The translations under genes and the position numbers were made by a program. This document shows positions 9,217-17,121 of a stretch of 64,000 bases of DNA, piece by piece (within the stretch, counting starts at the first letter, position 1; each line of letters starts with the position of its first letter). This DNA is from Escherichia phage SD2, in sequence record PQ821640. One strand, written 5' to 3'. The notes under the pieces are model-generated. The model worked only from the letters and a program-made list of their open reading frames with translations. It did no database searches and was not told the origin of the DNA.

Positions 9217-10344
9217 ATGAAATACACGATTTATGGTGATATTGTAAGTGTAAATAAAGATATGGGTGTGGAATCTAATTATCTTCCACCTGGATTCTAT
9301 ACTGTTAGTCGTGATCCCCTTGGCAATTATTTTTTAAGCCGTGGTAATCTAACAGGTGTACCGGATGTTCTGTATGGTGAAACAGAAAAACGAGCAAATC
9401 ACGTTATCCGTACATTCCATCGCCGGAGTGCACAAGGTAAAAATACAGGTTTGCTTCTGACAGGAACTAAGGGCAGTGGTAAAACTATGTTAGCCAAGCT
9501 CATTAGTCGTGACCTTGTAGAAGAAGGTATTCCAACTATTATGGTTACTCAAGCCTACAGTGATGCTAATTTCATTGAACTTATTAGCAAGATCACCGAC
9601 AAAGCAGTGATTATTTTTGACGAGTTTGATAAAGTGTATGAGAAGAAACAAGATCAAGAAGCACTTCTCACTTTGTTAGATGGTACTGGCAGTGGTAATA
9701 AACTGTTTATTCTAACTAAAAACAGTGGCTTTATCTCTGAATTCTTTCTAAATCGTCCTAGTCGTGTGTTTTATAATTTTAATTATGATAAAATCTCACT
9801 AGAAACTATGATTGACTATTTAGATAAAAACCTGGATAACAAAGCACACTTTGATAATTTCCAAAGACTTTGGGATGTAAGTTTAGAGTTGTCCTTTGAT
9901 GTGATCCAAGGTATAGTAGAAGAACTTAATTTCTACCCTGATTTATCCTTTAAAGAATGCATCTCTATGATGGGCGTTTCTTTGGGTGGTGGTAATAAAT
10001 GGGATATCAGCAGCGTTGTTATTAATGGAAAACTTCAGAAAGTTAGCTGGGTATCTAGTTGGCATAACTTCACACCTGCAATCTTTTTAGGTGGTTCGTG
10101 CACACTAGACGTGTACTTGTCATCTCCAAGTGATGCAGACTCTAAAGAAGCCCTTGCTAATAGCTCTTACGTGGTTTTTGATGATGAAGGCGATGCTCGA
10201 ATTCCATTGAATGCGACAAAAATGAAAGCAGATCTTATTACAGGCGGTAAAATCGTTGTGTTTAGTGATGATCCAGAAGATTCTTTCCGTATTGTTCTGG
10301 AACCAACTATCACCAATGGTGCAACTTTGGCAAGTGTGTTTTAA
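9217..10344 (+). CDS. AAA+ family ATPase
   Basis: Walker A GTKGSGKTMLAK; Walker B VIIFDEFD. Confidence 0.75.
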   Translation: MKYTIYGDIVSVNKDMGVESNYLPPGFYTVSRDPLGNYFLSRGNLTGVPDVLYGETEKRANHVIRTFHRRSAQGKNTGLLLTGTKGSGKTMLAKLISRDLVEEGIPTIMVTQAYSDANFIELISKITDKAVIIFDEFDKVYEKKQDQEALLTLLDGTGSGNKLFILTKNSGFISEFFLNRPSRVFYNFNYDKISLETMIDYLDKNLDNKAHFDNFQRLWDVSLELSFDVIQGIVEELNFYPDLSFKECISMMGVSLGGGNKWDISSVVINGKLQKVSWVSSWHNFTPAIFLGGSCTLDVYLSSPSDADSKEALANSSYVVFDDEGDARIPLNATKMKADLITGGKIVVFSDDPEDSFRIVLEPTITNGATLASVF

Positions 10345-10360
10345 GTAAGCCAGCAAATAA

Positions 10361-10385
10361 AAACCCGCTTCGGCGGGTTTTCTTG
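10361..10385 (+). terminator. rho-independent terminator
   Basis: CCCGCTTCGGCGGG hairpin followed by TTTTCTT. Confidence 0.75.
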
Positions 10386-10418
10386 CATTAATGCCAGATT
10401 TAATAAGAGGAGTAGTAG

Positions 10419-11408
10419 ATGGCAGCACCAAAATCATGGGAACAATATAAAGAAGAGTGTATACCAATAGCAGAGAGTAAGCAAATCCAAATCTTAGGAT
10501 GGACGGGACAATGGAAAGGGGTCCACACAAAACTTGATTTGTTGTGCCATTGTGGTTATAAATGGGATACTACAAGTATTAACAGTTTTAAATGTGGTAG
10601 CGGTTGTCCACAATGTAGGAGGAAGAATATAAGGAAGTCACAAACAATGTCCGACGATCAACATATTGCAGATTTCTTTTCTACAGGGGAATTTAAGGAA
10701 GGCACTATCTTCACTAACACAGGAACACGGGGTAAAGGATGTAGGAATATTATCTGGATGGTTGAATGTCCTGTTTGCTCTCATGATGAATATGTTCAAG
10801 CAGGTGTTTGTGATGGTAAATTTTACTCTGAAGGAGATAACCTTAAACGAGGGTATATTCCGTGTCGTTGTGGGAACTATCGGTATACAGAAGACCAGAT
10901 CACCTATAGGGTAAAAAAGGAAGTAGAAGGGAAAGGGTATGTCTGGGTAGATTGGATTACCAAACCCTCTTCTATAGGTAAGTTTAAATATCTTTGTCTT
11001 GTGCATGGTGAGCAGATAGGGAGTGCTAATAATTTATTAAGCCTCGGTCGAGGTTGTCCTATGTGTGCTGGTCATAGTCAGCAGCAGTTATATATTAATA
11101 TTGTTAAGGATGATAATATTATAGTTGCTCTTAAGTTTGGTATAGCTAAAGATAGTGATAGGCGATTAAACATTCAAAATAGCCGTAATCTGTTTTTTAT
11201 GGAACGTATTTGTTTATATGATTTTAGCACAGTGAAACAGTGTAAGGCTGCTGAAAGAGCTATAAAGAAAAAATTAAAAACTGGTATTTTAACAGCAAGA
11301 GAGTTGAAAGACGGTCATACAGAAACAGTAAGTGTTTCTGATTTGGAAAATCTTCAAAAAATTATTACACAATATGGTGGCAAGTTAGTATACAATAAGG
11401 AGGTGTAA
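10419..11408 (+). CDS. Cys-rich zinc-ribbon repeat protein, C-terminal T5orf172/GIY-YIG-like region
   Basis: Repeated CxxC pairs (CHCGYKW, GCPQC, CPVCSHDEY, CRCG, GCPMCAGH); AGAGGAG SD. Confidence 0.65.
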   Translation: MAAPKSWEQYKEECIPIAESKQIQILGWTGQWKGVHTKLDLLCHCGYKWDTTSINSFKCGSGCPQCRRKNIRKSQTMSDDQHIADFFSTGEFKEGTIFTNTGTRGKGCRNIIWMVECPVCSHDEYVQAGVCDGKFYSEGDNLKRGYIPCRCGNYRYTEDQITYRVKKEVEGKGYVWVDWITKPSSIGKFKYLCLVHGEQIGSANNLLSLGRGCPMCAGHSQQQLYINIVKDDNIIVALKFGIAKDSDRRLNIQNSRNLFFMERICLYDFSTVKQCKAAERAIKKKLKTGILTARELKDGHTETVSVSDLENLQKIITQYGGKLVYNKEV

Positions 11409-11960
11409 ATGCGGATTACTGATAAGTATGTGTTCTTCTTTTCAGCAAAAGATGAATTTAGCAACTGGTATCTATCATCTTTTATTGAACCTTTAGCACC
11501 CAAGTATAATAATTCTATTACAAGTTCTGTTGAATTTACTTGTGTGGAACAATATATGATGTGGAGAAAAGCATGTTTGTTTTATGATTACAGTATTGCA
11601 TCTTCTATTTTAACCGGAGATCTAAGATATACAGGAGAAAAAGAACAAGCATATTATAAGCGACTAGGCAGATTAGTTAAAGATTATGATGAAGATACCT
11701 GGACTTCTTTACGGGAGAAGATTGTCAAACGTGGTTTGTATCTTAAATACACACAAAATGAAGATCTCAAAAATAAACTTATAACCTACGCAGATAAGGA
11801 GTTCGTAGAGGCAAGCCCTTATGATTCTATTTATGGTATCAAAATGGGGATGTGGGATCGTGACGTGGAAAATAAGGACTGTTGGAAAGGACAAAATCTT
11901 TTAGGAAAATGGCATACAGACCTTGCTGTTTATCTAAAAGCACAATCTGATATTTCCTGA
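11409..11960 (+). CDS. NADAR (YbiA-like, DUF1768) domain protein
   Basis: FFFSAKDEFSNWYLSSF, EQYMMWRKA and GQNLLGKWHTDLAVYL align with my recollection of E. coli YbiA; AAGGAGG SD. Confidence 0.7.
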   Translation: MRITDKYVFFFSAKDEFSNWYLSSFIEPLAPKYNNSITSSVEFTCVEQYMMWRKACLFYDYSIASSILTGDLRYTGEKEQAYYKRLGRLVKDYDEDTWTSLREKIVKRGLYLKYTQNEDLKNKLITYADKEFVEASPYDSIYGIKMGMWDRDVENKDCWKGQNLLGKWHTDLAVYLKAQSDIS

Positions 11961-12020
11961 TATTTTGAAAATTTTTATTTTTATAAAAAGGGGTGTGGGT
12001 TTCATGTACGGAAATTCACC

Positions 12021-12041
12021 CTCTGAATAATATATTCAGAG
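12021..12041. repeat. perfect inverted repeat CTCTGAATA-ATA-TATTCAGAG
   Basis: 9-bp stem, 3-nt loop, read directly; overlaps a second palindrome CAGAGTA...TACTCTG (12037-12062). Confidence 0.6.
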
Positions 12042-12174
12042 TAAATATTATTTTGTACTCTGTTAATAAATTATTTAATTTGTTTGTTGGATTATGATAT
12101 CTGGTTTTTAAAAGGCATACTATCTCTTAACTACTACTTATAACAGAACAGTAAAATCATTTTTATAAAAAGGA

Positions 12175-12382
12175 CAAAATTATTTAAAGTTTTTACAGAT
12201 TTTTGGATACAAATTTTGAAAATGAAAAGTTCAAGTTTGGTCAAAATTATTTAAAGTTTTTGTATGTATTTCTATCCAGATTTTGAAAATGAAAACTTCA
12301 ATTTTTTAAAAATTCCCCAGTTTATTTAAAGTTTTTTTACCTTTTTCCGTAGAAAAATCAAAAATGAAAAGTTCAATTTCGT
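12175..12382. repeat. three tandem direct repeats of about 68 bp
   Basis: Each unit begins TTATTTAAAGTTTTT and ends TTTTGAAAATGAAAAGTTCAA; AT-rich, non-coding. Confidence 0.7.
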
Positions 12383-12400
12383 GTTTTTATGGGTATGCGT

Positions 12401-12515
12401 ATGATAATCATTCTCATTTGTAAATGAGAATCATTATCATTTAATTATGTAAATGATAAGCATTCTCACTAAGAGAATGAGAATCATTAGCAAATGAGAA
12501 TTTTTCTCATTTGCA
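12401..12515. promoter_or_regulatory. cluster of five or more Fur-box-like dyad motifs
   Basis: ATGATAATCATTCTCATT, AATGAGAATCATTATCATT, ATGATAAGCATTCTCA, GAGAATGAGAATCATTAGC, AATGAGAATTTTTCTCATT; compare E. coli Fur box GATAATGATAATCATTATC. Confidence 0.45.
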
Positions 12516-12772
12516 GAATAACGCGCAGGGGCGGTGTTTGTCTCGCGCTCCCGTGTCCCCTCGCCATACAATAAGAATAGCATAACCAACAACAAAAGCA
12601 AGCGATTATTTTTATCTTTACATTTCTTTACAAATTTATTTTAGACGAGCTACCGGCGATCAACCTTCCAACCAGTGCCCCTGGTATGTTAGCCCCGCCT
12701 TTACGCCGTGGGGGTGGCGCTTCCTCTTCTGTATGTAAAACAGTATAAGCCCGATCCCTGGGCTTGTCAAGA

Positions 12773-13039
12773 TTATTTTTTGTTTTCTTGCCAGGATAGG
12801 ACACCTAACCAAAAATACATGTCGCCCCGTGCCCCTGGCGGGATCTTGCTTTCCCCGCCGCCACTGCAAGCCCATAAATAACCATTTACGAACGTATCAA
12901 AGTGATCTATCTCTTCCACCTTATGATCGCCCAGGTTGAGAACGGTTTCAACCTTTAAGCCCGTTGCGCTTGCTACCTGGTGCACCGTGCCGCCTTGCCA
13001 GCCCAATGAGTGCATGAGATGTAAAGGAGTATTTGTCAT
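12773..13039 (-). CDS. hypothetical protein inside a GC-rich, compositionally atypical segment
   Basis: 88-aa ORF on the opposite strand to the surrounding plus block, within 12520-13130 which is visibly GC-richer; overlapping track ORFs in other frames judged spurious. Confidence 0.4.
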   Translation of the reverse strand: MTNTPLHLMHSLGWQGGTVHQVASATGLKVETVLNLGDHKVEEIDHFDTFVNGYLWACSGGGESKIPPGARGDMYFWLGVLSWQENKK

Positions 13040-13149
13040 GGTATCGCCCTTTCTTTGATGTGCGCCCTGGTTGGCGCGGTAGAAAGATAATAGCCGTTTC
13101 CTTTATAGATAGCAAGCAAAAAAGAAATGAAAAAAGATTAAAAAAATGG

Positions 13150-13209
13150 TTGACGTTCCTCACCTGGTAGCGTAGTATTCATCTTGTCGAGGGGCGGCAA
13201 TAGTGCCGC
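13150..13209 (+). promoter_or_regulatory. promoter (TTGACG-17-TAGTAT) plus 5' hairpin GCGGC-AATAGT-GCCGC
   Basis: Read directly; upstream of ORF 13234. Confidence 0.6.
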
Positions 13210-13233
13210 TCATAACAGAAGAGAGAAATAATC

Positions 13234-13506
13234 ATGGCATCATATAGCGCATCAATGATCGTAGCTGGCATCACTGGTAAACCTATGCGCGGTGGCGGAT
13301 CTTTCGCTAACATCAATATTGATGGACGTTTATCCCTGGACGCAGCGATCACAGTGGCACGGGAAACGTTTAAAAAAGAATGTAATTTCAATAAACAAGA
13401 TTATCTCGGTTTCGCTATTGAAAAAACCGCGCGATTTGTGGATTATAAAAGCCCGAAAATGATCGACACTACACTAAAAGCGCAAGATGTAGCGTTTTTG
13501 CTTTAA
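13234..13506 (+). CDS. hypothetical early protein
   Basis: 90 aa; preceded by promoter-hairpin cassette. Confidence 0.7.
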   Translation: MASYSASMIVAGITGKPMRGGGSFANINIDGRLSLDAAITVARETFKKECNFNKQDYLGFAIEKTARFVDYKSPKMIDTTLKAQDVAFLL

Positions 13507-13509
13507 GTC

Positions 13510-13569
13510 TTGACACTGAAAAATAATTTGGTAATATATACTCCATAAGGCGGGAAATGGTTTCCCGCC
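13510..13569 (+). promoter_or_regulatory. promoter (TTGACA-16-TAATAT) plus hairpin GGCGGGAAA-TGG-TTTCCCGCC
   Basis: Perfect 9-bp stem at 13549-13569, read directly. Confidence 0.65.
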
Positions 13570-13591
13570 AAAACAAAGAAAGGGTAACACA

Positions 13592-13954
13592 ATGAGCAAG
13601 CAAATCAATACTATCATGTTAAACCTGGTATCTTTCCGCGATGACGTGAAAAACCTTTCGCGTGATGCAGTGGATGCACGGATCGAAAGCTATCGCACAC
13701 AGATCGCAACGTTACCGCTGAAACGTGATCAACATGCCGCTAATATGATGCTTGATGCTATGATTAAAAAGATGATTCAATGTGATCTTACCCTGGCTTA
13801 TGAATATGCTGGCGATCTCTTTGTAACATATAGCAAGCCCGTTCCAGGTATGAGCACCACGGAAGAATTGCATGCCTTAAATCTGCGACAAGATGCATGG
13901 GATAACATGCGCCGTGTTATGGTATGGGTAGAAAGCGGTAAAATTTACGAATAA
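13592..13954 (+). CDS. hypothetical early protein
   Basis: 120 aa; AAGGG SD. Confidence 0.7.
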   Translation: MSKQINTIMLNLVSFRDDVKNLSRDAVDARIESYRTQIATLPLKRDQHAANMMLDAMIKKMIQCDLTLAYEYAGDLFVTYSKPVPGMSTTEELHALNLRQDAWDNMRRVMVWVESGKIYE

Positions 13955-13960
13955 AAACGG

Positions 13961-14014
13961 TTGACATTGCACTAAAACCTGATAAGCTATCTTAAAGCGG
14001 GAATTGTTCCCGCT
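13961..14014 (+). promoter_or_regulatory. promoter (TTGACA) plus hairpin AGCGGGAA-TTG-TTCCCGCT
   Basis: Read directly; -10 weak. Confidence 0.5.
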
Positions 14015-14032
14015 TACATAGGATAAAACTTT

Positions 14033-14179
14033 ATGAAACAATATGTAATGAGTATTCATACCAAAAACGGCGCTACTGTTACGACTCCGGCACGGTTTGC
14101 ACTTGTAAACCGTTGCAAGAGACTAAAACGAGAGTTAAAAAATAACCGTGCAACGGGCTTTAAACGCTGGGGAGGATAA
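14033..14179 (+). CDS. small basic protein (48 aa)
   Basis: Hand translation MKQYVMSIHTKNGATVTTPARFALVNRCKRLKRELKNNRATGFKRWGG. Confidence 0.5.
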   Translation: MKQYVMSIHTKNGATVTTPARFALVNRCKRLKRELKNNRATGFKRWGG

Positions 14180-14181
14180 TC

Positions 14182-14442
14182 TTGTTTTTTCTAAAAGTTT
14201 TTGATAATGTGATCGCTTTTGAACATGCTACAACGTTCGACCTGGCGAGATACGCTATCAGGTTTAAAGATAATGTTTATCCCCGTGCTGGCGGCGGTTA
14301 CACTATTTTTAATCATCGCAACGCGCAACTGACTGATGTAACTAATCCAGATCCTGGAGTGTATCGCATAGGCTGGCTACCGTCAAAAGACGCGGCAAGC
14401 ATGTTTAAGTTATGTAAACTACTAACAGAAGAGGCGAACTAA
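14182..14442 (+). CDS. hypothetical protein, TTG start
   Basis: GGGAGG 6 nt upstream of TTG; no in-frame ATG near the start. Confidence 0.45.
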   Translation: MFFLKVFDNVIAFEHATTFDLARYAIRFKDNVYPRAGGGYTIFNHRNAQLTDVTNPDPGVYRIGWLPSKDAASMFKLCKLLTEEAN

Positions 14443-14443
14443 C

Positions 14444-14998
14444 ATGGGGCGTGAATATGTGATCCAGTCCTGGGTAAAGCATGACGCAAATGATCCGCGC
14501 ATAATACCAGATGACATGATCGATCACATGGTGGGGTATAGCGGGGAGCAGATAGGAAATCGAGCGGCAAAGAGCAACGGCAACACCAGAACGAGATCCG
14601 TTCGCCCTGGATGGCTGGCAAATGGTAACGCTGACATTGCAAGCGCCGCAGATCCAAGCGATGACGCTAAAAATAATCCCTTGTATAACATTGATCCGGC
14701 TTTTAAGGTGTTGGAAGAGTATCCCGCTAAATTAGCCGCACTAGATAAAGCATACGAAGAAAAACGGGTGGCATGGACTGTATACAACACCGCTAAAATG
14801 GTGCTAGATGCAAAATTGATTAAAGCCCAGGAGAAGATCAATAAACTTGTTACCATAGCGCAAGAGGAAGACCAGGACGACCAGGAGGAAGAGGAAGAAA
14901 TCATGCCTATCCTGGAAGAGGAAGAGATCCAGCCATACATGCCGACGGAAGAGGAAAAAAGACAAGCCTTAAAAAATTATAAAAATTGTATTGTGTAA
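14444..14998 (+). CDS. hypothetical protein with acidic C-terminal tail
   Basis: 184 aa ending in an EDQDDQEEEEE-rich tail. Confidence 0.7.
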   Translation: MGREYVIQSWVKHDANDPRIIPDDMIDHMVGYSGEQIGNRAAKSNGNTRTRSVRPGWLANGNADIASAADPSDDAKNNPLYNIDPAFKVLEEYPAKLAALDKAYEEKRVAWTVYNTAKMVLDAKLIKAQEKINKLVTIAQEEDQDDQEEEEEIMPILEEEEIQPYMPTEEEKRQALKNYKNCIV

Positions 14999-15001
14999 GG
15001 C

Positions 15002-15057
15002 TTGACATATGCAAACAAGCCCCGTAATATGTACCACATAGAGCGGGGCAACGCCCC
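15002..15057 (+). promoter_or_regulatory. promoter (TTGACA-17-TAATAT) plus hairpin GGGGC-AAC-GCCCC, no ORF directly downstream
   Basis: Followed by a second promoter rather than an RBS. Confidence 0.55.
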
Positions 15058-15079
15058 ATAAGGTGAAATAAAAAATCAC

Positions 15080-15108
15080 TTGACACCTGAAATCAGTAAG
15101 CTATAATG
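15080..15108 (+). promoter_or_regulatory. sigma70 consensus promoter (TTGACA-17-TATAAT)
   Basis: Perfect -35 and -10 hexamers. Confidence 0.65.
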
Positions 15109-15144
15109 CTTATATAAATTAAAGCGTTACTAAGGAATAAAATC

Positions 15145-15510
15145 ATGGCTAAAAATATTAATGTTTCTGCTTATGCTACCCTGGCTAATACTGCTAAAAT
15201 TGAACTATCCAGCATTGAAGCGGTACATATTAGCGCCCGTCGCTGGTTTCAAAAGTCTTATGGTAATACTTATTTCTCTTTGATGGTTGACGTTGAGATC
15301 GGCGGTAAACTGATTGAAGTCGTTAACGTTCCGTTTCATTATGGTTATGGTGATCATTTTGATACCGTTGCCCTGGAAGAGTTTAGCAAGGTTATCAACC
15401 TGGAAGGTAAAGAGTTTTCAAATTATGCTTATCTTTCCCGTTTTTGCCGTGATAATGGGATCGCTGTATACAGTCATGCAAGCGATGTTAAACGTAAAAA
15501 AGATTTATAA
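15145..15510 (+). CDS. hypothetical early protein
   Basis: 121 aa. Confidence 0.7.
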   Translation: MAKNINVSAYATLANTAKIELSSIEAVHISARRWFQKSYGNTYFSLMVDVEIGGKLIEVVNVPFHYGYGDHFDTVALEEFSKVINLEGKEFSNYAYLSRFCRDNGIAVYSHASDVKRKKDL

Positions 15511-15516
15511 AAAGCA

Positions 15517-15576
15517 TTGACAGCACGAATAAAAAGAGTAAAATGTTTCATATCAGGACGGGGGAACGGTTTCCCC
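15517..15576 (+). promoter_or_regulatory. promoter (TTGACA-16-TAAAAT) plus hairpin GGGGGAA-CGG-TTTCCCC
   Basis: Read directly. Confidence 0.55.
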
Positions 15577-15599
15577 TCCTAACAAAGAGAGAAATAAAA

Positions 15600-15782
15600 A
15601 TGGCTAAATGCACTATTTGTAAGAAAGAAATAGTATTAGTTCCAAGCGCCCGTGAACGTGCCGCTAAGTTCGGTGGCAAACCGTCAGACTATACGAAAAT
15701 GTTTACTACCCATGCAGCTTGTCAAGTAGCAAAACGTTCACAAGAAAGCGTAGAATTAATGCGTAAACTTTCCAAAAAATAA
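15600..15782 (+). CDS. small Cys-containing protein (60 aa), possible zinc ribbon
   Basis: Track ORF started inside the promoter; ATG at 15600 follows GAGAGA; CTICKK...HAAC. Confidence 0.6.
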   Translation: MAKCTICKKEIVLVPSARERAAKFGGKPSDYTKMFTTHAACQVAKRSQESVELMRKLSKK

Positions 15783-15785
15783 GTA

Positions 15786-15844
15786 TTGACAAAGTATTTT
15801 ATTACTATATAATGGTTTACATCGAGAGCGGGAATAGTTCCCGC
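15786..15844 (+). promoter_or_regulatory. promoter (TTGACA-16-TATAAT) plus hairpin GCGGGAA-TAG-TTCCCGC
   Basis: Read directly. Confidence 0.65.
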
Positions 15845-15868
15845 CTCACTGAAAAAGAGATTAACATC

Positions 15869-16108
15869 ATGGCTAAATCTAAAATGTACAACGGTCACAA
15901 AAATAAAACTCATTGGAATGTAAGCCTTTGGATTAATAACGATCCAGGTTTTTATAATATGGCAAAAGAATTTATAGCCGTGAACAACAATAAAGATAAC
16001 GCCGCGCGTGAAATGATGTCATTACTTAACGAAATGGGCCAAAATACTACGCCAGATGGCTATAAATTCAGTAAAACCAGTATCCGCGCCGCTATGGTAG
16101 GAATGTAA
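15869..16108 (+). CDS. hypothetical early protein
   Basis: Start trimmed to ATG after the hairpin (MAKSKMYNG...). Confidence 0.65.
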   Translation: MAKSKMYNGHKNKTHWNVSLWINNDPGFYNMAKEFIAVNNNKDNAAREMMSLLNEMGQNTTPDGYKFSKTSIRAAMVGM

Positions 16109-16117
16109 TAAAAGCAG

Positions 16118-16177
16118 TTGACAACGTTTTTTAATCTGGTATAGTTTATCACATAGGGCGGGAAATGGTTTCCCGCC
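16118..16177 (+). promoter_or_regulatory. promoter (TTGACA-16-TATAGT) plus hairpin GGCGGGAAA-TGG-TTTCCCGCC
   Basis: Read directly. Confidence 0.65.
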
Positions 16178-16199
16178 AAATGAAAGAAAGGTTATCATT

Positions 16200-16427
16200 A
16201 TGGCTATCGTTATTGTTCGCGTATCCGGCACGGTTGGAATCTCCCAGGTAGTAGCAGTTATCACCGAGAAGAAAGGGGATGATCTTCACTCCTCCTTGAA
16301 TAGCTGGGCGGTCGCTAATTTCGGGCAATGGTCGAGCGTTGAGTATATCGAATCCTACCAGGTGCCAACGATTAGCCTAACCGATCTGAATGTTGATCGC
16401 TTATTGTGCCTGGATGGATTAAACTAA
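16200..16427 (+). CDS. hypothetical early protein
   Basis: 75 aa. Confidence 0.65.
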   Translation: MAIVIVRVSGTVGISQVVAVITEKKGDDLHSSLNSWAVANFGQWSSVEYIESYQVPTISLTDLNVDRLLCLDGLN

Positions 16428-16435
16428 AAATAATC

Positions 16436-16491
16436 TTGACAAGATAACTAAAATCAGTAAAATGTAATGCATAGGGCGGCAATAGTGCCGC
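16436..16491 (+). promoter_or_regulatory. promoter (TTGACA-16-TAAAAT) plus hairpin GCGGC-AATAGT-GCCGC
   Basis: Read directly. Confidence 0.65.
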
Positions 16492-16514
16492 TCATAGTAA
16501 GAGAGATTATCAAA

Positions 16515-16730
16515 ATGGCTAATATCCGCACACTGTTAAAAAATGCAAGTCAAGTTTTATTTTCAGATGACGAGTATTTCAACAAAGACATTACAGGCGT
16601 GAAAAATTTAAAAGACGTGAAGGATGTTATCGGTATCCGTGGATCTTTACGTAAAGGTGACATATACGGTAACAAGGTGCAATATAAACTATCAAAAGAT
16701 TATGATTTTACTTTGACAATTATTTCATAA
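16515..16730 (+). CDS. hypothetical early protein
   Basis: Start trimmed to ATG at 16515 (MANIRTLL...). Confidence 0.65.
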   Translation: MANIRTLLKNASQVLFSDDEYFNKDITGVKNLKDVKDVIGIRGSLRKGDIYGNKVQYKLSKDYDFTLTIIS

Positions 16731-16737
16731 AACTACT

Positions 16738-16797
16738 TGCAAACCTGGTAAAATAAAGTAAACTATATTCATTAAGGCGGTGGAATAGCCCACCGCC
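16738..16797 (+). promoter_or_regulatory. promoter-like region plus hairpin GGCGGTGG-AATAGC-CCACCGCC
   Basis: 8-bp perfect stem; promoter hexamers less clear (TTGCAA, TAAACT). Confidence 0.45.
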
Positions 16798-16820
16798 TAA
16801 CAAAGAGAAGAGGAAACATC

Positions 16821-16991
16821 ATGATCACTTTCGCTACCCGTGAAGCCGCTCGCAACGTTGCACGTAAAGTTAACGCCGCCAACCTGGGCGCTACGCTTAA
16901 AGCCCCGGTGAAAGATGAATCAGGAAAATGGATCTTTCCTGGTCTGCGTCACGCTGATAAGCTGGGGACATTAACGTTAAAAAATAAATAA
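16821..16991 (+). CDS. small hypothetical protein (56 aa)
   Basis: Hand translation MITFATREAARNVARKVNAANLG...; GAGGAAA SD. Confidence 0.55.
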   Translation: MITFATREAARNVARKVNAANLGATLKAPVKDESGKWIFPGLRHADKLGTLTLKNK

Positions 16992-16998
16992 TATCCGC

Positions 16999-17027
16999 TT
17001 GACAGTAGCATCATTTATAAGTAAAGT
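16999..17027 (+). promoter_or_regulatory. sigma70-like promoter (TTGACA-17-TAAAGT)
   Basis: Read directly; no hairpin of the usual type. Confidence 0.45.
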
Positions 17028-17121
17028 AACAACAACGGCGGGAAAATTATTGGTTATATATTGCAAGCATGATCATAACTTTGGCAAAATATCATAACGT
17101 AGCGTAATCGAGAGGAAAAAC

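Noticed and set aside
12021-12041. Palindrome CTCTGAATAATATATTCAGAG considered as a LexA box
   Set aside because: The spacing is CTG-N11-CAG rather than CTGT-N8-ACAG, so it does not fit the LexA consensus; kept only as an unexplained inverted repeat.
12175-12382. Tandem repeats considered as a CRISPR array
   Set aside because: Only three units of about 68 bp, imperfect, AT-rich, with no spacer-repeat regularity and no cas genes nearby.
12660-13163. Track ORFs 12660..12875(-) and 12948..13163(-)
   Set aside because: They overlap 12773..13039 in other frames within GC-rich DNA where spurious ORFs are common; only the middle ORF gives a natural-looking protein, and even that is low confidence.
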